Source: Anaerolineales bacterium (GTDB lineage: Bacteria > Chloroflexota > Anaerolineae > Anaerolineales > UBA4823). From it: a stretch of 64,000 nucleotides of DNA. The DNA is taken from contig JAWOHN010000140.1 in NCBI GenBank assembly GCA_046485135.1, positions 1,478-65,477 on the forward strand, in the 5' to 3' direction. Of the stretch, positions 30,214 to 39,923 are shown piece by piece; within the stretch, counting starts at the first letter, position 1, and every line of letters begins with the position of its first letter. A program made the translations under genes and the position numbers. Below the pieces are notes generated by a model. It was given only the letters and a program-made list of their open reading frames with translations. It was not told the DNA's origin and ran no database searches.

Positions 30214-30320
30214 AAGATCGGTGTCTCCTTCTGATAGCGGCACTTTTCGACGGGCTCGCAGACCCGACGCCGGTGAGGCCACCGACCACTTACCGTGGTA
30301 TTTGGGGATGTAAAGGGTAC

Positions 30321-31868
30321 TTACTGACCTTCTGGGGTCACACCAGCCATCATCAGACCTAATTCTTCTACCTTGGCGGCTTTTCTATCCACGATCCCCA
30401 CAATTTTACCTTCATATATTACCGCAATCCGGTCGGATAAAGCCAGGATTTCATCTAGGTCTTCGGAGATAAGGACAGTAGCTGTCCCAGTATCACGCTG
30501 TTCCAATAAGCACTTGTGAATGTATTCGCTCGCACCAATATCCACACCTCGCGTGGGTTGGGAGGCGATTAAGACTTTTGGTTTGCGCGAAAGCTCGCGG
30601 GCAAGAATCAGTTTTTGAATATTTCCACCAGAGAGATTCTTGATCGGGGTTTCCAAACTGGGTGTTTTGACGTTGAAAGCTTTCACCATCTTATCGGTTT
30701 CAAGTTGAATATTCTTGAAGTTGAAAAAGGTGGCTTTAGAATAAGGGGCTTTACCATGATCCTGGAGGATAAAATTATCAGCCACGCTGAAATCTTTGAT
30801 GACCCCTTCGCGCATCCGTTCTTCCGGAATATAGGATTGTCCGGCTGCTATCCGGGCAGCTGGAGAAGCGTGGGTCACATCCTTACCTCCTAACAAGACT
30901 TTACCTACCTTAACGTGTCGTAGGCCCGCCAAAGCTTCTGCCAGTTCGCGCTGCCCATTCCCAGATACCCCTGCCAGACCCAGGATTTCTCCAGAATACA
31001 CATCTAATGTGAGCCCTCGTATGGCATCGCTGCCCTGGTCACCCACTACATGCAAGTCCTGAATTTTCAGGCGGGATTCGCCCTTCTTGGGCGGCTGGAT
31101 TTCATATTGCAGGATAATCGGACGTCCCACCATCATTTGGGCTAGCTCAGGCTTGGTTACATCACTGGTTTTGCACTCACCCACCACCTGCCCATCTCGC
31201 AAGACAGTCACCCGGTTGCTGATCGCCAACACTTCGTGCAGCTTATGCGAGATAAAAATCAGACCGTGACCATCACTGGCCATCTGTCGAAATGTGCCAA
31301 ACAAATCGTCGACTTCTTGGGGAGTGAGCACGGCAGTTGGCTCATCCAGGACCATCAAAGCTGCTCCCCGATAGAGCGCCTTGAGAATCTCAATACGTTG
31401 TTGTTCCCCTACCGCCAATTGCCACACATACGCACGCGGATTTACTTTGAGGCCATATTGTTTGCACAAGTGAACGATTCGTTTCTCAACCTGATCCAAA
31501 TCCAGGATCATCCCACGTGAAGATTTCAACCCCAAGGCAACATTCTCAACTACAGTCAAGGATGGGACCAGCATAAAGTGCTGGTGGATCATGCCGATAC
31601 CAGCTTCAATCGCGTCCTGGGGAGAGTGAAAAATTTGTGGCTGCCCATTGATAAGGATTTGACCTTCATCCGGGTGGTAAAGTCCGAAAAGCTGACGAAC
31701 AAGGGTGCTCTTTCCAGCCCCGTTCTCACCGAGCAAGGCATGAATTTCTCCAGCTTTTACATCAAAATCCACATGATCGTTAGCTAATACGCCCGGAAAA
31801 CGCTTAACAATCCCGACCATCTTCATTTCTTCGATGCGTGGTTTCCCGGTAGGCAGCAAATTGCTCAT
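30321..31868 (-). CDS. ABC transporter ATP-binding protein, duplicated ATPase (BMP/nucleoside-sugar type)
   Basis: Two Walker A/signature sets (GENGAGKST...; LSGGNIQK). Track start is TTG; the ATG at 31868 or a later Met is plausible, so the start is uncertain. Confidence 0.85.
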   Translation of the reverse strand: MSNLLPTGKPRIEEMKMVGIVKRFPGVLANDHVDFDVKAGEIHALLGENGAGKSTLVRQLFGLYHPDEGQILINGQPQIFHSPQDAIEAGIGMIHQHFMLVPSLTVVENVALGLKSSRGMILDLDQVEKRIVHLCKQYGLKVNPRAYVWQLAVGEQQRIEILKALYRGAALMVLDEPTAVLTPQEVDDLFGTFRQMASDGHGLIFISHKLHEVLAISNRVTVLRDGQVVGECKTSDVTKPELAQMMVGRPIILQYEIQPPKKGESRLKIQDLHVVGDQGSDAIRGLTLDVYSGEILGLAGVSGNGQRELAEALAGLRHVKVGKVLLGGKDVTHASPAARIAAGQSYIPEERMREGVIKDFSVADNFILQDHGKAPYSKATFFNFKNIQLETDKMVKAFNVKTPSLETPIKNLSGGNIQKLILARELSRKPKVLIASQPTRGVDIGASEYIHKCLLEQRDTGTATVLISEDLDEILALSDRIAVIYEGKIVGIVDRKAAKVEELGLMMAGVTPEGQ

Positions 31869-31909
31869 TTTACCCGTACCATTTTCTTCCAAAGTCGATT
31901 ATTCGTGGA

Positions 31910-31945
31910 TTAGCAGCCGGCTGATTGTCATCAGCCGGCTGCTAA
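31910..31945 (-). promoter_or_regulatory. Intra-operon stem-loop after the substrate-binding-protein gene
   Basis: TTAGCAGCCGGCTGAT / ATCAGCCGGCTGCTAA, perfect 16-bp stem with 4-nt loop, between SBP stop and ATPase start. Confidence 0.6.
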
Positions 31946-31957
31946 CTGAGCATACTA

Positions 31958-33010
31958 CTAATACGGTAAAGGATCGATCTCGCCGTCCATAATGCCTTGG
32001 ATAGCATCTGCGGCAGCCGCTTTGATCTCATCGGCCACAGGGACAGCATCATTGTATTTCAACACCAGGCCTTCATTCTTGAAGGTCAAGGTATAGGCCT
32101 TGCCGCCCAAGACGCCTTTGCTGGCGCTGTCGATGATGTCCTTAATAATACCGGTCCAGTCAAAGATCTGGCTGGCGACTACGGTCTCCGGCGCAATTGG
32201 GGATTGGTCCCACTGGGTACCAAACCAATAAGCACCGTTGTCCTTGGCCACACCAATGGCTCCGACCACAGACTGGGAAGATCCGGTTAGCATATCTGCT
32301 CCGGCAGAAATATGCGTATTCGCCGCAGCTGCCATCAGAGAAACATCCGAGAATGAACCCGTGTAGGTGATGTTGACTGTGACGTCAGGGCGGGCGTACT
32401 TAGCCCCATGAGCAAACCCATCGACATACAACTTGGCATCGCCAGCCTCTACCGGACCGGCTATACCGAGCACACCACTTTCTGACATGAGTGCAGCGAT
32501 GACGCCCATCACAAAGCCGCCCTCTTGAGCTTCAGCCTGGTAAGCATGCACATTCGTCACACCTTGGGCCTGGAAGGTATCCAGGGATGTGCCCCATGCA
32601 AAAGCAGTCTCAGGAAAATCGGGAGCAATCTGAGCCAGGGAAGTGCCGTATTGAGAACCATGCGCAAAAACAATGTCGTAGCCAGTTGCAGCATAGTCGC
32701 GGATGGCAGCAGCCGCATCTGGGACATTAAACATACCTTCAGAGAAGGCGATTTCCATGTTACCTTCACCACCCATCTCTTCCTGCACTATTTTTAGCCC
32801 TTCATAGAAGGACTGGCTAAAGGCATAATCTGTAATCGAGCTGGGCATAATCACAGCGACTTTCAAGGGTTCAGCGGGCGCCGGTTCTTGCGGAGCTGGC
32901 TCTTGAGGGGCAGGCTCCTGTGGGGCGGGCGTAGCGGCTGGCGCACATGCACTTACAAAAAAGGCTAGGAGCAGAAACAGAACACCTACTTGGAAAACTT
33001 TGGTTTTCAT
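31958..33010 (-). CDS. BMP-family (PnrA/Med-like) ABC substrate-binding lipoprotein, probable purine nucleoside binder
   Basis: Lipobox FFVSAC, PQEPA repeat linker, BMP-family body; GGAGGA SD. Confidence 0.8.
   Translation of the reverse strand: MKTKVFQVGVLFLLLAFFVSACAPAATPAPQEPAPQEPAPQEPAPAEPLKVAVIMPSSITDYAFSQSFYEGLKIVQEEMGGEGNMEIAFSEGMFNVPDAAAAIRDYAATGYDIVFAHGSQYGTSLAQIAPDFPETAFAWGTSLDTFQAQGVTNVHAYQAEAQEGGFVMGVIAALMSESGVLGIAGPVEAGDAKLYVDGFAHGAKYARPDVTVNITYTGSFSDVSLMAAAANTHISAGADMLTGSSQSVVGAIGVAKDNGAYWFGTQWDQSPIAPETVVASQIFDWTGIIKDIIDSASKGVLGGKAYTLTFKNEGLVLKYNDAVPVADEIKAAAADAIQGIMDGEIDPLPY
32876..32926 (-). repeat. Imperfect 3 x 15-bp tandem repeat encoding (A)PQEP linker units
   Basis: Protein reads APQEPAPQEPAPQEPAPAEP directly after the lipobox Cys. 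Confidence 0.7.
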
Positions 33011-33097
33011 AATTATTATCCTCCGAAATGTTTTGAAAGAGCGATTGTGAAACTTATTATCATTGCCGAGTCAATTGTCTTTAGCGCCTCCTTATTC

Positions 33098-34033
33098 CTA
33101 GTTTTCACCACGGTTAAATGCTTTGGTGAGCGCAGCCGGTGCTCTGGTCCGGTTAACGGCAAACGCCAGAGCGAGAATTGTCAGTATGTAAGGCATCATG
33201 ACAGCAATATCCGAGGGAATCTGAATACCCAAAACTTGAATCCATAACTGCAAAGCGTTTACCATACTGAATAGAAGGGCTCCAGCCAGTACACCCCAAG
33301 GACGCCATCCGCCAAAATAAACCAATGCAACCGCAATAAAACCAATTCCGCTGGTCATATTTTCTTGGAACAGATTGATCAGCGCCAGAGAAAGGGAGGC
33401 GCCTGCGATACCAGCTAAAATGCCACCAATGGAAACGGTTGTATAGCGGACAAGGTTGACATTTACGCCCAAAGAATCTGCCGATTCAGGGTTTTGACCA
33501 ACAGCTCTGACCGACAGACCAAAAGTGGTTTTGTCGAGCACAAAATTAGCCACAGGTACCAACAGAAATGCAAAATAAACCATAATATTGTGGTTGAATA
33601 GCACTTCGCCTAAATAAGGGATATCCGCCAAAAGAGGAATCCTGATCGGTTGAAAACCCGAGATTGACTCTACCCGACCTTGTAACATTGTTTTGAAAAG
33701 CAAGGTGGAAAGGCCCAATCCAAACAAATGTAAGCCAATCCCGCTAATACCTTGGGTAGCTTGCAGAGTAACACTGACAAAAGCCATCATCAAACCCATG
33801 AGCAGACCCACAAAGGCAGCAGCCAGCAAACCAATCCAAAGATTCCCGGTCGTGACACCCATATAGAACCCACTTAAGGCTCCCATGAGCATAATCCCTT
33901 CAACACCCAGGTTCAAAACGCCCGATCTTTGCGAGAAGGTCTCCCCAATAGCTGCGTACAGATAGGGAGTCGCCAGGCGGATTCCCGTCCCCAAAATCCC
34001 TAAAAGCACAGTAAGAGAGAAAAGATCACTCAT
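33098..34033 (-). CDS. ABC transporter permease (BMP/nucleoside system)
   Basis: Multi-TM branched-chain/sugar-type permease; 8-nt overlap with the upstream permease. Confidence 0.85.
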   Translation of the reverse strand: MSDLFSLTVLLGILGTGIRLATPYLYAAIGETFSQRSGVLNLGVEGIMLMGALSGFYMGVTTGNLWIGLLAAAFVGLLMGLMMAFVSVTLQATQGISGIGLHLFGLGLSTLLFKTMLQGRVESISGFQPIRIPLLADIPYLGEVLFNHNIMVYFAFLLVPVANFVLDKTTFGLSVRAVGQNPESADSLGVNVNLVRYTTVSIGGILAGIAGASLSLALINLFQENMTSGIGFIAVALVYFGGWRPWGVLAGALLFSMVNALQLWIQVLGIQIPSDIAVMMPYILTILALAFAVNRTRAPAALTKAFNRGEN

Positions 34034-35177
34034 TCATTTCTCTCCTGCGGGCACGTCGCCGGGCCCATATTTCGCTACTCACTACAAACAGAACAACCAA
34101 TCCCATCAAAGCCATGATCATAGCTGAAGGCACCTGTACAGCCCGCTGCATCCGGTCACCACCCACCAGCAGGCCGCCAAACAATACCGAGGCCGGGATC
34201 AGACCTAATGGATGCAGTTTACCAAACAAGGCTGCCACAATTCCAGAGAAACCGTACCCACCAGACATTCCTTCTACCATGCGGTGTTGGATACCCAGCA
34301 CTTCAATCCCACCGGCTAACCCGGCAAAAGCCCCACCCAGAACAAGCGCCAGGGCTTGAAAGACCGGCACTTGAATACCTGCATAGCGTGATGCCAAGGC
34401 ATTTAAACCTACGGCCCTGATGCGATAGCCTGTGGTCGTGCGCCATAAGAAAATGTAGACCAGAACTGCCAATATCACCGCCAGGATAGCGCCAGAATGC
34501 AGCAAAGTGCGCGGGATCAAACGCGGCAACCATACTTGCGCCGGCAATAAGGCAGACTGAGCAATCCGAGTTCCCCTTTCGATCTCCTCCGGGTCAATCA
34601 TCGGACCGCGCAACAGGTAATTCGCCAGTTGTAAGGCAATCGCGTTCATCATAACCGTGCTAAGAATTTCGTTCACCCCCACCCTGGCTTTCAATACACC
34701 GGGGATGCCTCCCCAGACAGCTCCGGCCAAAGTGGCGCCCAGCATGCAGGCTGGTAAGAGGATCCAGCCAGAAACAGTGGGAAAACCAACCGCCAGGGCT
34801 GTGGCTGCCAAACCCCCGACCAGGATTTGGCCCTCTCCCCCAATATTGATCACCCCGCCCCGGAAAGCAATGGTCACGCCCAGCCCTACCAATAGCAAGG
34901 GAGTAGCTTTGACGAGCGTTTGGGTAAAACCCGACATGTTCCCAAATGCTCCTTGGACCATGGCCCCATAAGCTTCCCAGGGGTTGACCCCTAAGGCGAG
35001 CAGCATCCCAGCTCCCACTAATAACGCAAGAGGCACTGCAATAAGGGGAAGCAGTGCCTCAAATGTGCGGCTTAACAGGCGTTTGTACTCCGGGCGGATA
35101 TTCGCGAAAGGTCTCTTAATGGAGAATTGCTTTTTTGATGTATCTTGATTGATATCCACGGTTGGTTTATTGTTCAA
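34026..35177 (-). CDS. ABC transporter permease (BMP/nucleoside system)
   Basis: Multi-TM permease. Track start is TTG and a GTG lies 6 codons later, so the start is uncertain. Confidence 0.8.
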   Translation of the reverse strand: MNNKPTVDINQDTSKKQFSIKRPFANIRPEYKRLLSRTFEALLPLIAVPLALLVGAGMLLALGVNPWEAYGAMVQGAFGNMSGFTQTLVKATPLLLVGLGVTIAFRGGVINIGGEGQILVGGLAATALAVGFPTVSGWILLPACMLGATLAGAVWGGIPGVLKARVGVNEILSTVMMNAIALQLANYLLRGPMIDPEEIERGTRIAQSALLPAQVWLPRLIPRTLLHSGAILAVILAVLVYIFLWRTTTGYRIRAVGLNALASRYAGIQVPVFQALALVLGGAFAGLAGGIEVLGIQHRMVEGMSGGYGFSGIVAALFGKLHPLGLIPASVLFGGLLVGGDRMQRAVQVPSAMIMALMGLVVLFVVSSEIWARRRARRREMNE

Positions 35178-35227
35178 TCTGCGCTGATCCGATTATGGTA
35201 TTTGGGTAAAAACCTTCGCAAGCCTCT

Positions 35228-35240
35228 ATTGTCGGACAAT
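35228..35240. promoter_or_regulatory. 13-bp palindrome upstream of the nucleoside-uptake/XDH operon
   Basis: ATTGTC-G-GACAAT, about 50 nt upstream of the first permease start. A one-nucleotide loop argues for a protein site rather than an RNA hairpin. Confidence 0.3.
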
Positions 35241-35375
35241 TATATAGGATTATTATTTATCCGGCTATATCTAAAAGTGGTTAAATGACAATTGACATCC
35301 GCTCGTATTACATTTTTCGACACTATCGAATAAAGATCGGCATTCATCTGGCAAAGTAATAAATCCTGATACCCA

Positions 35376-36014
35376 TCAGGGGAGCCGTTCAAATCCACAG
35401 GCTTTTAAAATCTGTAGGGCAATCAAGGCGTGACCAACAGGGGTTGGATGGACCCGATCTTCTGCCCAATATTCGGCTGGCTGGCTTTTCAAGCCATGAT
35501 CAAAGGCCTGTTGTAATTTGACCAGTAATAAGTTATGCTCTTGGGCAATCAGGGTGACCTTGGCCTGATAATGGGAGAGCACCCTGCGAAAATTATCGTT
35601 CTTATTTTTTTCTACCAGAAATGGTTCAACCACAACGATTTGTGCACGAGTTTGCTGCCGGGCTTGCTCGATCAGCGCCCGATAATTCCGCTCAAAATCT
35701 TCCACGCCGATCCCCTGCCGGTAAAAACCTTCAAAGACAGACCAGACATCGTTGATCCCAACCTTAATAAACAACCAGTCAGGTTGGGGAGGGATGGCGT
35801 CTCGCTCCCATCTGGTAAGTAAATCTTGCGTGGTATCACCGCTGACACCGCGATTGGTGATCGAAAGATTGAGCTCAGGATAGCCTGCATGCAGCCAGCG
35901 TTGGCAATCGCGAACAAAACCGGTCCCATAGGGAGAAGATTGCGACCGTCCTGCATCGGTGATGCTATTGCCAATAAAGAGCAGCTTTTGTCTGGGTTGA
36001 AACAGGATAGCCAT
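35376..36014 (-). CDS. SGNH/GDSL-family hydrolase
   Basis: Block I FIGNSITD, block II GVSGDTT, block V DRVHPT. Confidence 0.85.
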   Translation of the reverse strand: MAILFQPRQKLLFIGNSITDAGRSQSSPYGTGFVRDCQRWLHAGYPELNLSITNRGVSGDTTQDLLTRWERDAIPPQPDWLFIKVGINDVWSVFEGFYRQGIGVEDFERNYRALIEQARQQTRAQIVVVEPFLVEKNKNDNFRRVLSHYQAKVTLIAQEHNLLLVKLQQAFDHGLKSQPAEYWAEDRVHPTPVGHALIALQILKACGFERLP

Positions 36015-36165
36015 CCCTTTTTTCTCCTGCCGGGTAGATTTCCAAACATTTTACCAACAAGATTGAGCAAACTGTGCTCTAGTTTTATAAGGTCTTTAGG
36101 AATCGCCTGGTTGAACACCAGGATTGGGGCTCTGAGACCGGTTATTTTTAATCGAGCGCTAACGA

Positions 36166-36194
36166 TTGACCATTTAGAGTGATTATGGCATAAT
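36166..36194 (+). promoter_or_regulatory. Candidate sigma-70 promoter of the ileS leader
   Basis: TTGACC (36166-36171), 17-nt spacer, CATAAT (36189-36194). Confidence 0.5.
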
Positions 36195-36220
36195 CCTGAC
36201 CAAGTTTCAAAATTAATAAA

Positions 36221-36556
36221 GGCAGTGATGGAAACGAGTAGACCTGCTGGAGACTGACAGCGACCCTGGAAACGGTGCAAGCCAGGACAGGATCACAGGT
36301 CGAAAATCCTTCTGGAGCCGCAACCTGAAAGCAGCTAGACAGACCAAGCTAGCAAGTAGGTGCGCCGGGTCAATCCCCGTTATCAGGATAAAGGTATTGA
36401 CTCATTTTGTTGAGCCAGTATCTGACCGAGGCGCCCGCTAACCGGTGGGAACCAGGGTGGTACCGCGAGATGCTTAGAACCAGCCAGCAAACCGGCCGAT
36501 TCTGATGAACAAGAGTTCGCACTCTCGTCCCTGATATGGGATGAGAGTTTTTTGTT
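36221..36556 (+). promoter_or_regulatory. T-box leader (tRNA-Ile sensing) with intrinsic terminator
   Basis: Stem I elements (GUGAUGG...AGUAG; ACCUG/CAGGU and CUGG/CCAG pairings). AUC-A in the 3' side of the specifier loop (36292-36295). T-box AACCAGGGTGGTACCGCG (36450-36467). Terminator CTCTCGTCCC/GGGATGAGAG followed by TTTTTTGTTT. Confidence 0.85.
36522..36556 (+). terminator. T-box expression-platform terminator
   Basis: 10-bp stem (one G-U), 6-nt loop, T-run 36548-36556; AGGAGG SD and ATG follow. Confidence 0.8.
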
Positions 36557-36567
36557 TAGGAGGCTAT

Positions 36568-39500
36568 ATGTTTAAACCTGTTTCACCCAGGCTAAATATT
36601 ATCTTACTAGAAGAGGAAGTGTTACGCTTTTGGAAAATCCACCGCATCTTCGAAAAATCCGGTACGCAGCGGGAAAATGGCCCCGGATATGTCTTTTATG
36701 AGGGACCTCCCACAGCCAATGGCTTACCCGGTGTGCACCATGCCCTGGCACGCGCCTTTAAAGATATGTTCCCCCGCTATAAATCCATGCGCGGCTATCA
36801 TGTGATCCGCCGGGGCGGTTGGGACACTCACGGCTTGCCGGTTGAAATCGGGGTAGAAAAACAGTTAGGCTTTACCAGCAAAAGCCAGATTGAAGCGTAT
36901 GGGATCGATCGATTCAACGAGCTCTGCCGGCGTTCAGCCTTTGAGTACATCCAAGAATGGGAAAAATTTACTGACCGGATCGGTTTTTGGGTAGATCTCA
37001 GCGAAGCTTACGTTACCTACACCAATAAGTATATTGAAACCGTTTGGTGGATATTGAAATCTTATTGGGACAAAGGCTTGCTCTACCAGGGTTACAAAGT
37101 CGTCCCTTACTGTCCCCGTTGCGGGACGCCTCTTTCTGATCATGAAGTGGCGCTGGGATACGAACAAGCGGTAGACCCTTCGGTCTTTGTGCGTTTGCCA
37201 TTGGTGGATGATCCGGGTACGTCGCTTTTGATTTGGACTACCACCCCCTGGACCTTACCCGGCAATGTTGCTGTCGCTGCACACCCCGAGGTCGATTATG
37301 TCATTGTGGAAAGAAACCTGCCGGAAGGTGGCACTGAGAAACTGATCCTGGCGCGATCGCTGGTTGAAAAAGTATTTCGAGAAGAACAGGTGCGCATATT
37401 TGAAACCTTCAAAGGAAAAAAGCTAAAAGGTTTGCGCTACCGGCCTTTGTTCACCTTCCTGCTGCCCGACAAGCCGGCCCATTTCGTCATCCTGGAAGAT
37501 TATGTCACTACGGAAGACGGTACCGGATTAGTTCATATCGCGCCTGCCTTTGGCGCCGAAGACCTACAGGCGTCGCTGGAGCACGATTTGTCTGTGCTGA
37601 TGACGGTTAATGAAGACGGCACCTTTATACCAGATGTGCGCCCGTGGCGGGGCCGTTTCTTTAAAGATGCGGACCCGGATATCACCAAAGATTTAGAGGC
37701 GCGCGGCCTGCTTTACCGGGCAGAGACCTACACCCACACTTATCCTTTCTGCTGGCGATGCTCAACGCCGTTGATGTACTATGCCCGTGGGACCTGGTAC
37801 ATCCGTACTCAACAGTATAAAGAGAAAATGGTCGAACTCAATAAGACCATCAACTGGTATCCTGACCATATCAAGCTTGGTCGCTTTGGTAACTGGTTGG
37901 AGAACAATGTGGATTGGGCCTTGGGACGCGAACGCTATTGGGGTACACCGCTTCCCATCTGGGAATGCCGGAACTGTCACAGCCAGGTTGCAGTTGGCTC
38001 TCTGGCTGAGCTTTCTGAGCTGGCTGGAGAGGACCTGGCTGGTTTGGATCTGCACCGTCCCTATGTTGACGAGATCCACTTCGAATGCAAAGACTGTAAA
38101 GGTCTAATGGAGCGGGTTCCTGAACTGATCGATGTCTGGTTTGACTCGGGCTCAATGCCATACGCTCAATGGCATTACCCCTTTGAGAACCAGGAAATAT
38201 TTAAAAGCCAGTACCCCGCTGATTTTATCTGCGAGGCAGTGGACCAAACCAGAGGCTGGTTTTACTCTCTACATGCGATCAGCACCCTGTTGAATGAAAG
38301 TGTCGCCTTTAAAAATGTGATCTGCCTGGGCTTAATTTTGGATGCCGAGGGGTATAAGATGTCCAAATCCAGGGGAAATGTGGTCGATCCATGGGATGTC
38401 CTCAACGAACACGGAGCCGATGCGTTCCGCTGGTATTTGTATACCGCCAGCCCGCCGGGACAAGAACGGCGCTTCTCGGTAGATTTGGTTGGTGAGGTTG
38501 TACGCAATTTCACCCTGACATTGTGGAATGTTTACTCGTTTTTTGTTACGTATGCGAACCTGGATGATTGGAAACCTGCTGAGGCTGGCCCAGCTGACCC
38601 GTACAATGATCTGGATCGCTGGTTGCTCTCAGAATTGCACACCCTGGTAAAGAATGTGACCCATGCACTGGAAAGTTATGATGTTCCTGGAGCCACACGC
38701 CCCATTCAGGCTTTTGTTGACCATCTTTCAAAATGGTATTTACGTCGCTCCCGCCGTCGTTATTGGAAAAGCGAGTCTGACGCAGACAAAGACGCCGCTT
38801 ACGCCACGCTTTATGAAGTCCTGGTGACGTTAGGCAAGCTGCTGGCGCCGACAATGCCTTTCCTGGCAGAGGAGCTTTACCAAAATTTGGTGCGCTCGGT
38901 GAACCGCGATACGCCAGAGTCTGTCCATCTGGTAGATTGGCCTGAATACAACCAGAAATTCATTGATGAGGGGCTCAATGCAGATATGGAACTGGTGATG
39001 CGCTTTGCCTCCCTCGGGCACGCTGCCCGAAATCAGGCTGCCATAAAAGTGCGCCAACCCCTGGCTGAGGCAGCTTTTTCTATTACCAGCACGAGTGAGG
39101 CTCGCGCTTTGGAACAATACGCCGATCTGTTAGCAGATGAACTCAACGTTAAGCAAGTTCGGGCCCTGGGATCGGCCGGCGAGGTGGTTTCTTATACACT
39201 GAACCCACTCCCAAAGCAACTGGGTCAGAAGTATAAGGGACAATTTCCGGCTGTGCGGGCTGCGATTATCGAGCTGGACCCAGAACCAGCAGCTCGTTCT
39301 TTACTGGAAGGCCAGCCGGTCCAGGTAACTGTCAATGACGAAACGCTGGATATCTTGCCCAGTGAGGTAGAGGTGCGCGTGGATGCTCGCAGCGGCTTGA
39401 CCGTCGCCTCGGAAGGTGCATATCTATGCGCATTGCACATCGACCTCACTCCTGAGTTGGTGAAAGAAGGGCTGGCGCGGGAGTTTGTCCGCCGTATCCA

Positions 39501-39720
39501 GGATTTGCGTAAACAAACCGGCCTTGACATTGCCGACCGTATCTATCTATACCTACAAGCCAGTCCAGGGCTAGCTGAAGCGATACACACTCACCGAGAA
39601 TACATCATGGGCGAGACTCTGGCAGTGAAATTGAGCTCCGCTCGCCCGCCGGAGGAAGCCGCCAGCGCTACTTTGGAGTTTGACGGCGAAAAAGCCACTG
39701 TGAGCATCTTAAAGGCATAG
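36568..39720 (+). CDS. ileS: Isoleucyl-tRNA synthetase
   Basis: Start reset to MFKPVSPRLN (AGGAGG SD, downstream of the leader terminator). HIGH-type PTANGLPGVHHAL, KMSKS, editing domain. Confidence 0.95.
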   Translation: MFKPVSPRLNIILLEEEVLRFWKIHRIFEKSGTQRENGPGYVFYEGPPTANGLPGVHHALARAFKDMFPRYKSMRGYHVIRRGGWDTHGLPVEIGVEKQLGFTSKSQIEAYGIDRFNELCRRSAFEYIQEWEKFTDRIGFWVDLSEAYVTYTNKYIETVWWILKSYWDKGLLYQGYKVVPYCPRCGTPLSDHEVALGYEQAVDPSVFVRLPLVDDPGTSLLIWTTTPWTLPGNVAVAAHPEVDYVIVERNLPEGGTEKLILARSLVEKVFREEQVRIFETFKGKKLKGLRYRPLFTFLLPDKPAHFVILEDYVTTEDGTGLVHIAPAFGAEDLQASLEHDLSVLMTVNEDGTFIPDVRPWRGRFFKDADPDITKDLEARGLLYRAETYTHTYPFCWRCSTPLMYYARGTWYIRTQQYKEKMVELNKTINWYPDHIKLGRFGNWLENNVDWALGRERYWGTPLPIWECRNCHSQVAVGSLAELSELAGEDLAGLDLHRPYVDEIHFECKDCKGLMERVPELIDVWFDSGSMPYAQWHYPFENQEIFKSQYPADFICEAVDQTRGWFYSLHAISTLLNESVAFKNVICLGLILDAEGYKMSKSRGNVVDPWDVLNEHGADAFRWYLYTASPPGQERRFSVDLVGEVVRNFTLTLWNVYSFFVTYANLDDWKPAEAGPADPYNDLDRWLLSELHTLVKNVTHALESYDVPGATRPIQAFVDHLSKWYLRRSRRRYWKSESDADKDAAYATLYEVLVTLGKLLAPTMPFLAEELYQNLVRSVNRDTPESVHLVDWPEYNQKFIDEGLNADMELVMRFASLGHAARNQAAIKVRQPLAEAAFSITSTSEARALEQYADLLADELNVKQVRALGSAGEVVSYTLNPLPKQLGQKYKGQFPAVRAAIIELDPEPAARSLLEGQPVQVTVNDETLDILPSEVEVRVDARSGLTVASEGAYLCALHIDLTPELVKEGLAREFVRRIQDLRKQTGLDIADRIYLYLQASPGLAEAIHTHREYIMGETLAVKLSSARPPEEAASATLEFDGEKATVSILKA

Positions 39721-39760
39721 CCAATTATCTATTCTTTAAGAGGAAATTTTGGATGTTGCG

Positions 39761-39793
39761 TGCGCCTGTGGGAGCTGTGCCCCCCCAGGCGCA
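39761..39793 (+). terminator. Possible ileS terminator
   Basis: TGCGCCTG / CAGGCGCA 8-bp stem with a 17-nt loop, then TCAACTTTTAT; weaker than the other hairpins. Confidence 0.4.
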
Positions 39794-39923
39794 TCAACTT
39801 TTATGTTATCTTTTCTTAAGAAGATTCTCATGGTATTGTTTTCTTGTCATTTTTGTCACTCCAGCGGGGTTATTGTAGTAGTAACATGCAGTAGTATCAA
39901 CTGGAAGGAGAGGATTTGCAGCA

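Noticed and set aside
26466-31945. Two hairpins sharing AGCCGGCTG (26466-26506 and 31910-31945) as a REP-like repeat family
   Set aside because: There are only two copies. Apart from the 9-mer the stems differ, and each is explained locally as a terminator or an intra-operon stem-loop.
35178-35375. Possible purine/xanthine riboswitch in the leader of the nucleoside-uptake/XDH operon
   Set aside because: A UAUAAU...UUUUUACC string on the minus strand superficially recalls the purine aptamer. I could not draw the P2/P3 helices or the conserved loop-loop nucleotides, so only the palindrome is reported.
35672-36280. 202-aa minus-strand ORF spanning the SGNH hydrolase 5' half and the T-box promoter region
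   Set aside because: It is out of frame with a well-supported SGNH gene, runs antisense through the ileS leader, and has no recognisable domain.
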